Of a DNA stretch of 64,000 nucleotides, positions 1 through 16,130 are shown piece after piece. The stretch comes from Octopus sinensis. Its lineage: Eukaryota. The stretch is from NCBI RefSeq assembly GCF_006345805.1, contig NC_042997.1:134726001-134790000 (forward strand), written 5' to 3'. The notes beneath the pieces are model-generated. The model was not told where the DNA came from and searched no databases. It worked only from the letters and a program-made list of their open reading frames with translations. Every line of letters begins with the position of its first letter. The first letter of the stretch is position 1. Position numbers and translations under genes: made by a program.

Positions 1-96
1 CTCTCTCTCTCACACACACACACACACATAATGTTTTTCTTTATGTAAACCCTTGTGGTTAATAAAGAAATCCTTATCATTATTATCATTATTATT

Positions 97-495
97 AAGG
101 CGGCGAGCTGACAGAAACGTTAGAAAGCCGGGCGAAACGCTTAGCGGTATTTCGTCTGCTGCTACGTTCTGAGTTCAAATTCAGCCAAGGTCCTCTTTGC
201 CTTTCATCCTTTCAGGGTCGATTAAATAAGTACCAGTTACACACTGGGGTTGATATAATCGACTTAATCCATGTGTTTGTCCTTGTTTGTCCTCTCTGTG
301 TTTAGCCTCTTGTGGGTAGTAAAGAAATAGGTATTTCATCTGCTGCTACGTTCTGAGTTCAAATTCAGCCGAGGTCGACTTTGCCTTTCTTCCTTTCAGG
401 GTCGATAAATTAAGTACCAGTTGTATACTAGGGTTGATGTAATTGACTTAATCCCTTCCCATAATTATGAGGCCTTGTACTTCTAGTAGAAAGAA
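97..495 (+). mobile_element. tRNA-derived SINE, family B (full copy plus partial tandem copy)
   Basis: Head aaggcggcgagctg..., B-box-like ttctgagttcaaattc, central gcctttcatcctttcagggtcga..taagtaccag; internal part repeated from ~330; same family at 41.5 kb. Confidence 0.8.
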
Positions 496-539
496 TTACT
501 ATTACTATATTATTATTATTATTATTATTATTATCATTA

Positions 540-1170
540 AGAAGACAGTGAGCTAGCAGAATCATTAGCATGGTGGGCAAAATGCTTAGCAGTATTTCAT
601 CCAATTTTATGTTCTGAGTTCAAATGCTGTTGGGGTTGACTTTGCCTTTCATCCTTTCGAGGTCAATAAAATAAGTACCATTTGAACACTAGGGTCAATG
701 TATTTGACTAGTGTCCTTCCCAAAAATTTCAGGCCTTGTGCTTATAGTAGAAAGGATTATTATTATTATCCTTATTATAGATGTTGCACAGTATACAATA
801 TCATGAGGCTGTTGATTGAGGACATTGTGCCTTCTGGGGGTAGGTACTGTTTGTCAAGTCACAACAAGGACCTCAGACAGATAGTACTTTACGCAATATG
901 TGTGCAGTTCCAAGTAATGCTGACTTTTGCAATACACATTATTATTATTACTATAGTGAAGGTAGTTGGTTGCTGGAATTCGAGTATCAGAAAAAAAATG
1001 TCTTGTCTTGTGATATTGTTTCTGTCCGTTTATGCTCTGAGCTCAAATACAGCCAAGTCAACTTTGCCATTCATCCCTTCAGGGTCAATGAGATGAAGTA
1101 CTAGGTCGATGTCATCAGCTATCCATTCCCACTAGTGTTGCTAGCCTTGTCCTAAAATTTGAAAGAATTA
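540..1170 (+). mobile_element. Two older family-B SINE copies (~540-770, ~950-1170)
   Basis: Same motifs (ttctgagttcaaat, tttgcctttcatccttt, aagtacc) with many CpG>TpG changes. Confidence 0.7.
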
Positions 1171-1185
1171 TTGTTCATATTGAAT

Positions 1186-1219
1186 AATAGTTGCAGCAGA
1201 AGTAGCAGCAGCAGCAATT

Positions 1220-1268
<49 letters not shown>

Positions 1269-1344
1269 CCGCAGCAGCAGCAAAGTAGTAGTAGTAGTAG
1301 CAGTAGTAGTAGTAGTAGCAGCAGCAGCAGCAGTAGTAGTAGTT

Positions 1345-1386
<42 letters not shown>

Positions 1387-1410
1387 ATTGTTGTGGTAGT
1401 TGAGTAGCAG
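1186..1410. repeat. (AGT)n/(AGC)n microsatellite
   Basis: Direct reading; explains poly-S/V/Y/L ORFs. Confidence 0.95.
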
Positions 1411-2629
1411 GCATGTTACAACATATAAAAATATTTCTTTGTAGTTCAAATATTTAATCCTGCTATTAGAATTTGATTTAAAATACTGAATGGTAGAGTA
1501 TATGTGACTTGTACTGTATGCATCTTGTACTGAAAGGTGTTTGTAAATTAAAATTGAATATTTTTAGTGGTAAATTTTGTGATCATTGTTAAAATTTGTG
1601 ATAATATTGTAGGAGTTTAAAACATGAAATTAAAAAAAAAAAATCGTAATTGTTTAAAGAACCTTTTGAGAGGTCAAACATTAATAATAATATAATAGTT
1701 TATGGTGGGAAGCGGTTATTGAAAAACATATAGATTTAAATTTAAAGCTAATTTGGAGAATAAATATATTCAAGAAACCAGGATGTGCTTTTGATGGGTC
1801 AATGTAATGACAACTATTTAAATAAGACATGTTTATAGAGAGTGTGAAATGAAGGGGAGATAAATTCAAAATATTTACTTATAGAATTTAAAATGGGATT
1901 ACCACTGAGAAAGGTAATGGTACTGAGGTTGGAATTACATGAATTCAAGACCAGGAATTAACTATGAGGAGAATGAATTTTTAATGGTTAATGATATTTG
2001 TAGTTTGTAATAGTATTGGATTAAGTATAGAAGTTTATGAATATTAGGATTTTTATGTTATATGTTTGGGGCTTGAAATTAGGAATAAGGATTCAAGAAA
2101 GACAGAGTTAGTTAAATATCAAATATATCAGAAAACTTATATTCTACCAATATCTAAATATATGACAACAATTAAAATATGGAGTTATATTAGGTGTAGG
2201 GAAAGGATAATTGTAAGAAAGGAAATAAGGAGAGACAAAATTTAGGGAATATGATGAATTAGAATCAGGGGAGAGATTGATAGAAGTATATAAATATGTA
2301 AACAAGATTGAAAGCAAAGAAGTATGACAGAGGTAACAAGACTAGTATTTATGACTAGAAAATATATAAACTGAACTTGGACAGTAATGAGCAATTGAAC
2401 ACTTGCTAGTGTAGAAAGTGTATGTAAAACTATGATGATGATGATGATGAATGACACACACACACACACACACACACACATGAGCACATAAATACAAAAC
2501 AAGATGGAGAAAAATGTACACAAATACTAAAAACAAAGGTAGACTAAAATATTATTTTATTGAAGCTGAAAAACTTTGCAAGATGTTACTTAGAATTTGA
2601 TATAACTGATCGTTGGAGACTTCTCTCAT

Positions 2630-2753
2630 GACATACATACATACATACATACATACATACATACATACATACATACATACATACATACATGCATGCATGT
2701 ATGCATACATACATACATACATACATACATACATACATACATACATACATACA

Positions 2754-2785
<32 letters not shown>

Positions 2786-2857
2786 CACACACACATATAT
2801 AAAGAGTATTTGTGTGAGAGAAATGTACATATATATATATATATATGTGTGTGTGTG

Positions 2858-2889
<32 letters not shown>

Positions 2890-2915
2890 TGTATGTATGT
2901 ATGTATGTATGTATA
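2630..2915. repeat. (CATA)n ... (TATG)n compound microsatellite
   Basis: Direct reading. Confidence 0.95.
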
Positions 2916-3014
2916 TTACATTTCCAAGGTTTCTTCAATGATGTTGTTGATATTTCCATTATCATAACTGTGCCTTCTGATACAGTTCAATATTTAAGAA
3001 ATGAGGAATTATGT

Positions 3015-3174
3015 ACATTATTTATGTTATTTACATTTGACAGATATTTGTCCTCATCTTGTTTGTTGTTAACAAGACACCTGATGAAGGCTGGAGGGTA
3101 TATCAGCCGAAACGTGTTAACAACAAACAAGATGAGGACAAACATATGTCAAATGTAAATAATGTAAATAATGT
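3015..3174 (+). mobile_element. Fold-back Penelope-like fragment with defective hammerhead core
   Basis: ~60-bp inverted arms around gacac-CTGATGA-A-GGCTG-(10 nt)-CAGCC-GAAAC-gtgtt; 13-bp direct repeat tgtgccttctgat at 2969-2981 and 3172-3184. Confidence 0.65.
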
Positions 3175-3569
3175 GCCTTCTGATGTTTGGCACTGAAGCT
3201 GTGGAGATGGTCTTTGTCTTACGTGTCATTGTTGAGTTCTTTCCTTTTTTCTTTATTCCTTTTTCTTTGGCTTGTTAGTGCTGAATGTGATTTGCTTCTG
3301 TTCTGCATGCTTGCTTCCTTCCAGTTCTTGAAGTATTTGCTTACTTTTTAACTTTTGTTAGGATGTATATTGAATGAGGACAGATTGCTATTGTTGCAAT
3401 CATGAAAGTATTTCTTAAATGCACTTCTTAGGCAGTGACCTTCTGTAAGTTCAGAGTAGAGGTGTGTTTAGCTATAACTGTATGTGTATGTGTATATGTG
3501 TATGTGCACATATGCATATGTGTGTTTCTGAAGGTGCACTAGTATAATCTTTACTCTGGATTTGTAATC

Positions 3570-3698
3570 TAGTAAAAATATATTTCATATTGAATTTGAT
3601 CATATTACACTTTAAAAAAATAGATACATGAATAAAGAAAATTGTCCCCTACACTTTGCCCCTTCTCTCTCTCCCCCTTTCTCTATATATATATCTAT

Positions 3699-3730
<32 letters not shown>

Positions 3731-3732
3731 CT

Positions 3733-3822
<90 letters not shown>

Positions 3823-3946
3823 ATAGATATATATATAGAGAAAGGGGGAGAGAGAGAAGGGGCAAAGTGTAGGGGACAATTTTCTTTATTCATGTATCTA
3901 TTTTTTTAAAGTGTAATATGATCAAATTCAATATGAAATATATTTT

Positions 3947-3951
<5 letters not shown>
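3570..3951. repeat. Near-perfect 382-bp palindrome centred on (TA)n
   Basis: Left arm is the reverse complement of the right arm except for microsatellite-length differences. Confidence 0.9.
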
Positions 3952-3983
<32 letters not shown>

Positions 3984-5536
3984 TATACATATATATACAT
4001 ATATATATTTTGTTTTGGAATTTGGTTTGCAAGATTCTTTATATGAGTTCGTGTGTTGAAGCATATTCTGTTGTGTTTGGGGAGAGTCATTTTCTTTTTG
4101 TGCTTAATAATTTAACACACTCACCAGTAAAATTTCCACTTATTTCTTATTTTTATTTTCCTAAAATTTTCATTGCGTCTTGCAACCTTTTCAGTAGTCT
4201 TGGAAAATAAAAATAAAAATAAGTGGAAATTTTACCAGTGAGTGTGTTAAATTATAAGGCGCAAAAAGATAATGACTCTCCTCAGACACTACAGTTTGTA
4301 TGTCAAATAATTTGTGTCTATGAAAATGTAAATTATTTGAAGCTCATTTTCCTTTCTGCATGTCAACTCTGAGATTTAACTTCAATTCTAAGTTACAACT
4401 ATTTCCCTTCCATTATAGGACCAGTGACACCTTTGTAAAAAGTTGCGAATATTGTACTATTAGATAGTCTTTTTCTTCTCTAAACTTCAAACATTGCACC
4501 TGTTTAAAAATTGATTGTATTACAGAAGTCTCTCTTTTTCCTGGCACCTTAATGATATTATTTCACTTTGCTTCACACTTACAATATTATCAATATATCA
4601 ATAATGAGTTTGCGAAAGACACAAATGCCACATAGTCACATCTCTCACCTTTATAATACTGAGTTATTCAGCTTATATAATTATCTCTGAGTACAACTGC
4701 TTTTATTTATGTTAAGAGTTTACATCAAACCAAATGACTTTCTTTACTTGTCTGTTGTATAGGAGAAAGTTCAATAAAATAAAAAAATACAAATAATTAT
4801 CTAATTTGAATTTATCTTTCTATTATAAAAGAATTAATGTTGTGCATACGTATTCAAGAAATATTACTGCAGCTTTCTATATCTTATAAGATTTAACATA
4901 TCCTTAAATTTAATTTCTTTGTCACAGATATACTATATATGTGATGTGCTGAATGCAATATCATATATGAAGGTCTGTTTGCATAATACTTAACTTATAG
5001 CAATGATAAATAGCACACATGAAGTAGAATTAACCTCTGATTGCTATAAATTTAAGGCATTTTCAGACTGAAATTTAACCTCTGTCAAGATCCATTTGGT
5101 GATTGACTATGTTGCCAGTCTCTTCACGTTATTCGATCTCACATGCTGGTGTCAGAACACTATATATATCTGTTACAATATGACAACCAGCTTATGGTAA
5201 TTTGTTATAATTTATGTAGTAAATTAAATGTGAAGCATTGATATATATATATACACATATACACACATATTTACGCACACACATATATACATATGTGTAG
5301 ATATATATATTAGAGGTATATGTATGTGTAAATATATGTGTATATATGTATATGTACATATGTATATATGCGCGTGTGTGTATATATATGTGTATGTGTG
5401 TGTATATACATATATATTTATGTACATTGTGGAATTTATAAGCTATTATGCTTCAGCTTGTGAGTACCTGAAAACTTTTAAGATACTTTGTTCTCCTCTT
5501 CCATTCTCTCTCTCTCTTTCTCTGTATATGCGCATA

Positions 5537-5592
<56 letters not shown>

Positions 5593-6774
5593 GCATGTAT
5601 GTATGTATGTTTGTATGCATGATGCATATTTGATTGTATTTCCTTGTATGTGTGTGTCTTTATGTGTACAGCTATTCAGTACATCATTTGGCATGTTTAA
5701 AGCACATCAGTAAGTCCATGTATCCTCACCATCATCATTGTTTTAAAGCCCACATTTCTACAGGGGTCATATAGAATTTGAAGAAAAATGAACAATAGTT
5801 TATTTCTCATTGCTTCAGATTACCAAAATGCTTGCAAATAAATACCAGTTTTTCTTCTGTCCTGCTATAGGAGGAGAGTTATATGATACCTGTTTAGCTG
5901 TATTGAAATTAGAGATACCAACTGTTTTATAGATTATGTTCACATGAAAAAAAGGTTTAATAGTCTAAATATGTTACCTTCAAATGACTACCCATTATAT
6001 CCTAGAGAATATATTTGTCATTCAACCTCCCAACCTTTAATTGCTTAATTAATGTAGGTGTTATGAGTTTAAACAGTAGTATCTGATGATCATTTTGGAT
6101 CTTTGACATTCATTATTCATAATTTGAAAAAAAAAAAAAAAAGGAAATTAAAAAAAAAATCACCTTCTACACGGTTCGGTTATATTATATCCCATATCTT
6201 ATTTCAATTTTTGATCTTTACTCTTGCATGTGGTCCCTCATTATTTCATGTGTGTCAGACAGTTCGGTATGACAAAAATCCTAGAGCCCAGTATGACCGA
6301 AGACACTTATAAGATTGAATGAGTGAAAAACTAATTTAATTCAGTTATGATTGTTTTGTTATGTGTGCAAGAAAGAAGGGGGAGACAAAACAGACAAAAG
6401 AAAATGAAAAAAAAAAAAAAAGGCAGAATGAAAGAAAAAAAATTGCATTATTTATTTTCAACATACCATTAGATATATTTCATGCAAAATCATATATCTT
6501 CATTTATTACTGTAGACTATGTTTCTAATTACACATATGCGCATGCACACACATACATAGACACATGCACGCACATACACACACATACACACACATGGAT
6601 GTGGATATATATATTGACTTGGTTATATACCAATACACTTAAATCAGTACAAATTTAAACAAAGGTAAGTACATTTAGCATATATACACTATACATATGG
6701 ACGCACATACATACAAATATATATATTCTTGTATGTATGTATATATCATATATATATCTGCATTGTCTTACTAG

Positions 6775-7101
6775 CACTTGTGGTGGTGGCATGTGAAAAA
6801 ACATTCGAGCGAGGTCATTGCCAGTGCCACTGGACTGGCTCCTATGCAGGTGGCACATAAAAAGGACCATTTGAGCGTGGCCGATGCCAGTACCGCATAA
6901 CTGGCTCTTGTGCCGGTGGCATATAAAAGCACCCTCTACACTCTCGGAGTTGTTGGCGTTAGGAAGGACATCCAGCTGTAGAAACTCCGCCAGATCAGAC
7001 TGGAGTCTGGTGCAGCCATCTGGTTCGCCAGACGTCATTCGAATTGACCAACCCATGCTAGCATGGAAAGCGGACGTTAAACGATGATGATGATGATGAT
7101 G
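6775..7101 (+). mobile_element. SINE family C with (GAT)n tail
   Basis: ggcgttaggaagg(g/a)catccagctgtagaaac (V-SINE-like central motif), 3' end catgctagcatggaaagcggacgttaaacgatgatg. Confidence 0.75.
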
Positions 7102-7530
7102 ATATATATATATTTATATAAATTTATGAATATATCATATGCATTAGATATATCAAAAGGGAGAGACAGAAATATAGATAGATAGATACATAGATAGATA
7201 AAGATTTAGATAGAGAGAGAGAGAGAGAGAGAATGGAGATAAAGAGAGTGAATTAGAGGATAAAGGAAGAGAGAGATCTAATACATACTTGCCTCAGTTA
7301 CTTGTGTGATAATGTTTCCATCATGTTGCAAATGTATTAGATTTATTAGAAATGACATGAATTATAATCTTATAGAAGAAATTCTTGTGGCAGCATTTCT
7401 CATCGCACCATTGGCTTTAAATGCTAACATACCTTTCCTGATACACTGAGATACCAAATTAAATATACCTAACAATTTGCATATTTGTTTACAGTAAGTA
7501 AGTATACATCATTTCTGAGACACAAGTATC

Positions 7531-7735
7531 CCATGTCGGTGGCACATAAAAAGCACCTACTACACTCTCGGAGTGGTTGGCGTTAGGAAGGGCATCTAGC
7601 TGTAGAAACTCTGCCAGATCAAGATTGGAGCCTGGTGCAGCCAGCCATCTGGTTCGCCAGCCCTCGGTCAACATCGTCCAACCCATGCTAGCATGGAAAG
7701 CGGACGTTAAACAATGATGATGATGATGATGATGA
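7531..7735 (+). mobile_element. SINE family C, 3' part
   Basis: Same 3' end and (GAT)n tail as 6775-7101. Confidence 0.75.
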
Positions 7736-8554
7736 AGTACTTTTCAGCAATTTTCCTATTTTATTCAAATTCAGAAATATATAAGAATTCAGTCAATTAG
7801 ATCGTATAATTTTTACCTGTTAAATGCTAAGAAAAAAATATCATTGCTTATCTAATAATTTTGTTCTATCTGAGCCAAGATAACTCTGAAACCATGCATG
7901 TGTGCATGTGCATACGCATGCACACACACTTAACTGGATGCCTAATTCCACAAATTACTTGTTGTTCAGCCACAATTATAGTTACTAATCTACATACATA
8001 TTTAGATGATCACAAGTAACTATACTTTATTTCTACCTGGGTAATGCAAAATATAAGAAAATGCAGTTACTGTGTATTTTATATTTGCTTGACGTTATTT
8101 GCTGGAAAATCAGATGTAAATCCAACATTCTAACCTAAATGTATGACAAGCTCTTCAGCTGAAATACTTTCTATAACTCTCCTCCTTTTCACAGACTGTT
8201 GAATATTACTTCAAATTGATCATTAAAATTATTGCTGTTAATGATGTGCCAGACAAGTTTTGTTAAGTTAGAAAGCTCTATGCTAAGCTGACTTAATATT
8301 AAACTGTCAATATAAGTGCAAATCTAATTAACAAAGATACATTTTTTTTCTTTTTATAGTGTTCTGTTAGTTCAAAACTTTTAGAGAATCACTTAATGAA
8401 ATGTACATTAAGGCTGGGATTTGTGCAATATTAAGTGGCCTGATGATGTACTGAACTGATGAGCTATATAAACAGATATAATGTAATCATGCATGTGTAT
8501 AGGTATGCCAGTGTGCATGTGTGCCTCTGTAAGTGTTTACATCATATGTATCTA

Positions 8555-9150
8555 ACACATACATACATACATACATACATACATACATACATACATACAT
8601 ACACACATATATACATACATACATTCATACATACATTCATACATACATTCATACATACATGCATACATACATACATTCGCACATATATACATACATTCAT
8701 ACATACATACATACATACATTCATTCATACATACATACATACATACATACATACATACATACATACATACATACATACACACACAACACACACACATTCA
8801 TACATACATACATACATACACATACATACATACATACATACATCCATCCATACATACATACATACATACATTCATACATGCATACATACATACATTCATA
8901 CATACATACATGCATACACACACACATTCATACATACATACATACATACATACATACATACATACATACATACATACATACATACATACATACATACACA
9001 CACATTCATACATACATACATACATACATACATACATACATACATACATACATACATACATCCATACATACATATATACATACATACATACATACATACA
9101 TACATACATACATACATACATACATACATACATACACACACACATATGTA
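8555..9150. repeat. ~600-bp (CATA)n microsatellite
   Basis: Direct reading; source of the HTYI/MYVC ORFs. Confidence 0.95.
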
Positions 9151-9264
9151 TGTATATTTAACATTCTGCAGTTATACATAACTAAGCTGCTGAGAGTGCG
9201 GGCGAGTGCTGTTTCCTGAAATATTAACTATAGCAATGTCAATTTTGAAGATGATTATGATGCT

Positions 9265-9295
<31 letters not shown>

Positions 9296-9778
9296 ATGAT
9301 TATGATATTGGCAGTGCTGTTAGCACTACTGGGGATGGTGGCAGTAATTATATTAATTCATGGATGATGATGTTGACAATAACGTTAAACGTGATTTTAA
9401 TAATGACACTGAAGAAGATGGTGAAGATGGTATCAATGAAGATGGTGATGTTTAAAAAAAAATTAAGAAAACAGAACAGTCATAGTGACTGAGAAAATAA
9501 TGATGATATTAGAATTGATAATTATTTGCATAATGCTTAACAGCCACAGATTTCATGATGATAAGAGAGAATGATTGGTCAAGAGCATGGTGTGTATTTC
9601 AATAAAATATATGAAATATGTCACGTAATAATTATTTGTGAATTATATATCATTGTGTATCAATGTATAAAGCATATTTTCTTCTATAAACCTAAAAGAT
9701 ATATGTGCGTATGTTATTGTATGCATAAATTTGTAACAAGTACTATATAGACATTTACATATATATATATATATATAT

Positions 9779-13043
<3,265 letters not shown>

Positions 13044-13445
13044 TAATTTTACTCTGCTATGTATTGAGTACCTTATTTACTGTGGTTAACCCCGAATCAA
13101 CCCGGGACCTACATATATATATATATATATATATAAATAAATGTATGTATGTATGCCTGTATGTATGTGTGTGTATGTATATGTGTGTATATATATATCA
13201 TATATATAAAAATGTATGTATATTATGTATGTATGTATGTATGGATATATATAGCAACATATAGGAAGGACAACACTGTTGATTGGCTAGAAGCTATATT
13301 GAGAGACAAGGCTTGTAGCTGCCACTAATATTTTTATTATGAGCCCAAACTAGGGCTATCAACTGATGGTTAACCATTCTAATTCAGCCAGCTATTTAAC
13401 TAAAATATTTTAAAATATATATATATGTGCATATATATGTGTACA

Positions 13446-13490
<45 letters not shown>

Positions 13491-13829
13491 GTATATATGT
13501 ATATATACTTATACTCACAAATATATATAACGATGCAAATATCTGAAAATGCATATTCACATAGGTGTATATAAGTATGGTTGTATGCAAGTATGTGTGT
13601 GTATGTATGATTTTTCTTGGAGTTTAGTTTATGTTCTTCCTGAGAGAGTTCAAGCTAGTTGCTAAAATTAGCAGCAAGACTTTTTGATTTAAGAGAGACC
13701 CTGGTGTGTGTATGTATCCAAAGGAAAAAAGACAAAGAAATTTCCTTAACACATCTTTAATTATAAGTTACAAGTTACAATTGTTTCTGTACCATGTATG
13801 TGTGTGTGTGTGTGTGTGTGCATGTGTGT

Positions 13830-13903
<74 letters not shown>

Positions 13904-15105
13904 ATGTGTGTGAATGAATCTAGTGTAGATTCACTGCTGTTTGTGTTGTTTAAATGTAATTTAATCTTGCCAGGTGACTGGGAAGAATCTGCTGAAGACA
14001 CCAAATGATAAAGGCCTCAGTGTTAGCTGTGTATGTGTGTGCATGTGTGTGTGAGGTATGGACCACACACACACACACACACACACACAATGTGCAGTTA
14101 TTAGAAATGACTGTAACCTAGTGATCTGAATTGGGAGGGAATGGTTAGATGTTGCTGTAGTATTGAGAAAGTTGGGAGTAGAGCATATGCTGTTGGATAT
14201 AAACTCTGAGGTCCATTCTTTGAGTATGAGCTCCCATAGTACAATGATACAATATACTGTAGGTCAGTGATCTATTTTGATCTGATCTTAGTGGTGGTAT
14301 GCAACTTTCTGATGTTAGAATGCTACCCTATTGAGTCAAAAGTAAGTAGTAACTCCCATTTTCCTTCCTATTCTTTTGCATGGTTACAATGATGAAGAAA
14401 ATAATAGACAGTATAGGAGTCAGCATGCAGTCTTGCCTCATTCCCATTTTTTTCTCTTTTTCTGAAGGCTCAGATTCCTGATCTCCAATGATAACTCAAA
14501 CCAATGACCTTTTGCAAATCATTGATAAAGGAATTTGTGAATTTGGTCATGTAACTAAATTTTCTTGGAACATCCCACAGAAGTTCTCTTTTTACTGAAT
14601 AGGGAAGTTTTGATAGATCCACAAATGTGATGTTACCTTCTTTCTGCATTTCTCCAAAAGCTTTCTATTAACAAGAGGTTTTCGGTATGTAATGTGAATC
14701 CAGTCTAACTTGCATTTCCTCCCTCCTATAAGACCCTTAACTACCAGTTCACCATTGCCAACATCTGGCTCGAAGATGAAAGAAATATTTCAAAGTGGTT
14801 TTGGATTACTTTGGAGAGTAGTAATATCAACCCTTTAAGAATAGCAGATATCAGTACTTACCATATATTGTTAGTTAGGGATAGGGATTGAAATATAGAG
14901 AAGAAACACAATTGACATCATCTGGAGAAGCAAGGAAAGAGGCATGCACGTGCAGAAATACTGAACTTCATCAGTCAAAAATGTACATGTCTTAGCTTGA
15001 TGCTTACCACCAAGCACTGGGGTGTATGTATAGATATGGTCATCCTTGGATAAATAAAGTACTATGATAAAAATATACAGATATATGTTTGAATATTATT
15101 TATAT

Positions 15106-15425
15106 AGGTACAGGAGTGATTGCGTGGTAAGTAGCTTGGTTACCAGCAACATGGTTCCAGGTTCAGTCCCACTGCAGGGCATTTACTATAGCCTCAGGCC
15201 AACCAAAGACTTGTGAGTGGATTTGGTAGACAGAAGCTGAAAGAAGCCTGTTGTGTGTGTATATATATATACATATATATAGCAAATTACATTATTTACT
15301 AATTAGAGTTCGAAACCTTGGTCCAGGAGAAAGATGGTAATTATTTTTATTTTTCATTCCCTTCGAAATTACCCCTAATAGTGGTTTGGATTTTGGCTAC
15401 TCCTTCTAGCGTATTAGATGTCCTG

Positions 15426-15491
<66 letters not shown>

Positions 15492-15715
15492 ATAAGTTTG
15501 TGTGTCTGTGTTTGTCCCCCACCCACCATCGCTTCACAACCAATGTTGGTGTGTTTACATTCCTGTAACTTAGGAGTTCGGCAAAAGAGGCCGATAGAGT
15601 AAGTACTAAACTCACAAAGAATAAGTCCTGGGATCAATTTGCTTGACTAATGGTGGGTGCTCCAGTATAGCCACAGTCAAATGACTGAAACAAATAAAAG
15701 AAAAAAAAAGAATAA
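15106..15715 (+). mobile_element. tRNA-derived SINE family A, with an insertion in its central microsatellite
   Basis: Head caggagtg..gtggtaagtagcttg..caggttcagtcccactg; tail gaataagtcctggg..ctccagtatagccacagtcaaatgactgaaaca. Confidence 0.75.
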
Positions 15716-15857
15716 GGAATATATATATATATGTACGTACGTACGTACGTACGTATGTATGTATGTACGTATGTATGTATGTATGTATGTATGTATGTAT
15801 GTATGCATGCATGCATGCATGCATGCATGTATGTATGTATGTATGTATGTATGTATG

Positions 15858-15893
<36 letters not shown>

Positions 15894-15934
15894 TTGCAAG
15901 AATTTTTACGTGAAATTCCTAAATACAACAATAT

Positions 15935-15967
<33 letters not shown>

Positions 15968-15968
<1 letters not shown>

Positions 15969-16130
15969 TCTCTATTTTCTCTCCTTGTTTCTTTCTGTGT
16001 TCCTTTCAGTGGAAGAGCGTAGGCTTGAAACGTTAAAGACCTTTTCACTTCCTGAGTGTTAGACTAATACATCTGTTTGTTGCCTACATCACCTGTCTTC
16101 ATCTTTTGTTTTTTTGGTGAATTCTCCCCT
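15968..16130 (+). mobile_element. Short PLE-derived repeat with degenerate minimal hammerhead (16003-16038)
   Basis: cttt-CAGTGGA-A-GAGC-gtag-GCTT-GAAAC-GTT-aaag. Confidence 0.5.

Noticed and set aside
6218-7468. Small candidate minus-strand exons (DFCHTELSDTHEIMRDHMQ at ~6220-6280; 36 nt at 7433-7468)
   Set aside because: Splice signals are plausible, but segments this short arise by chance and no product can be assigned
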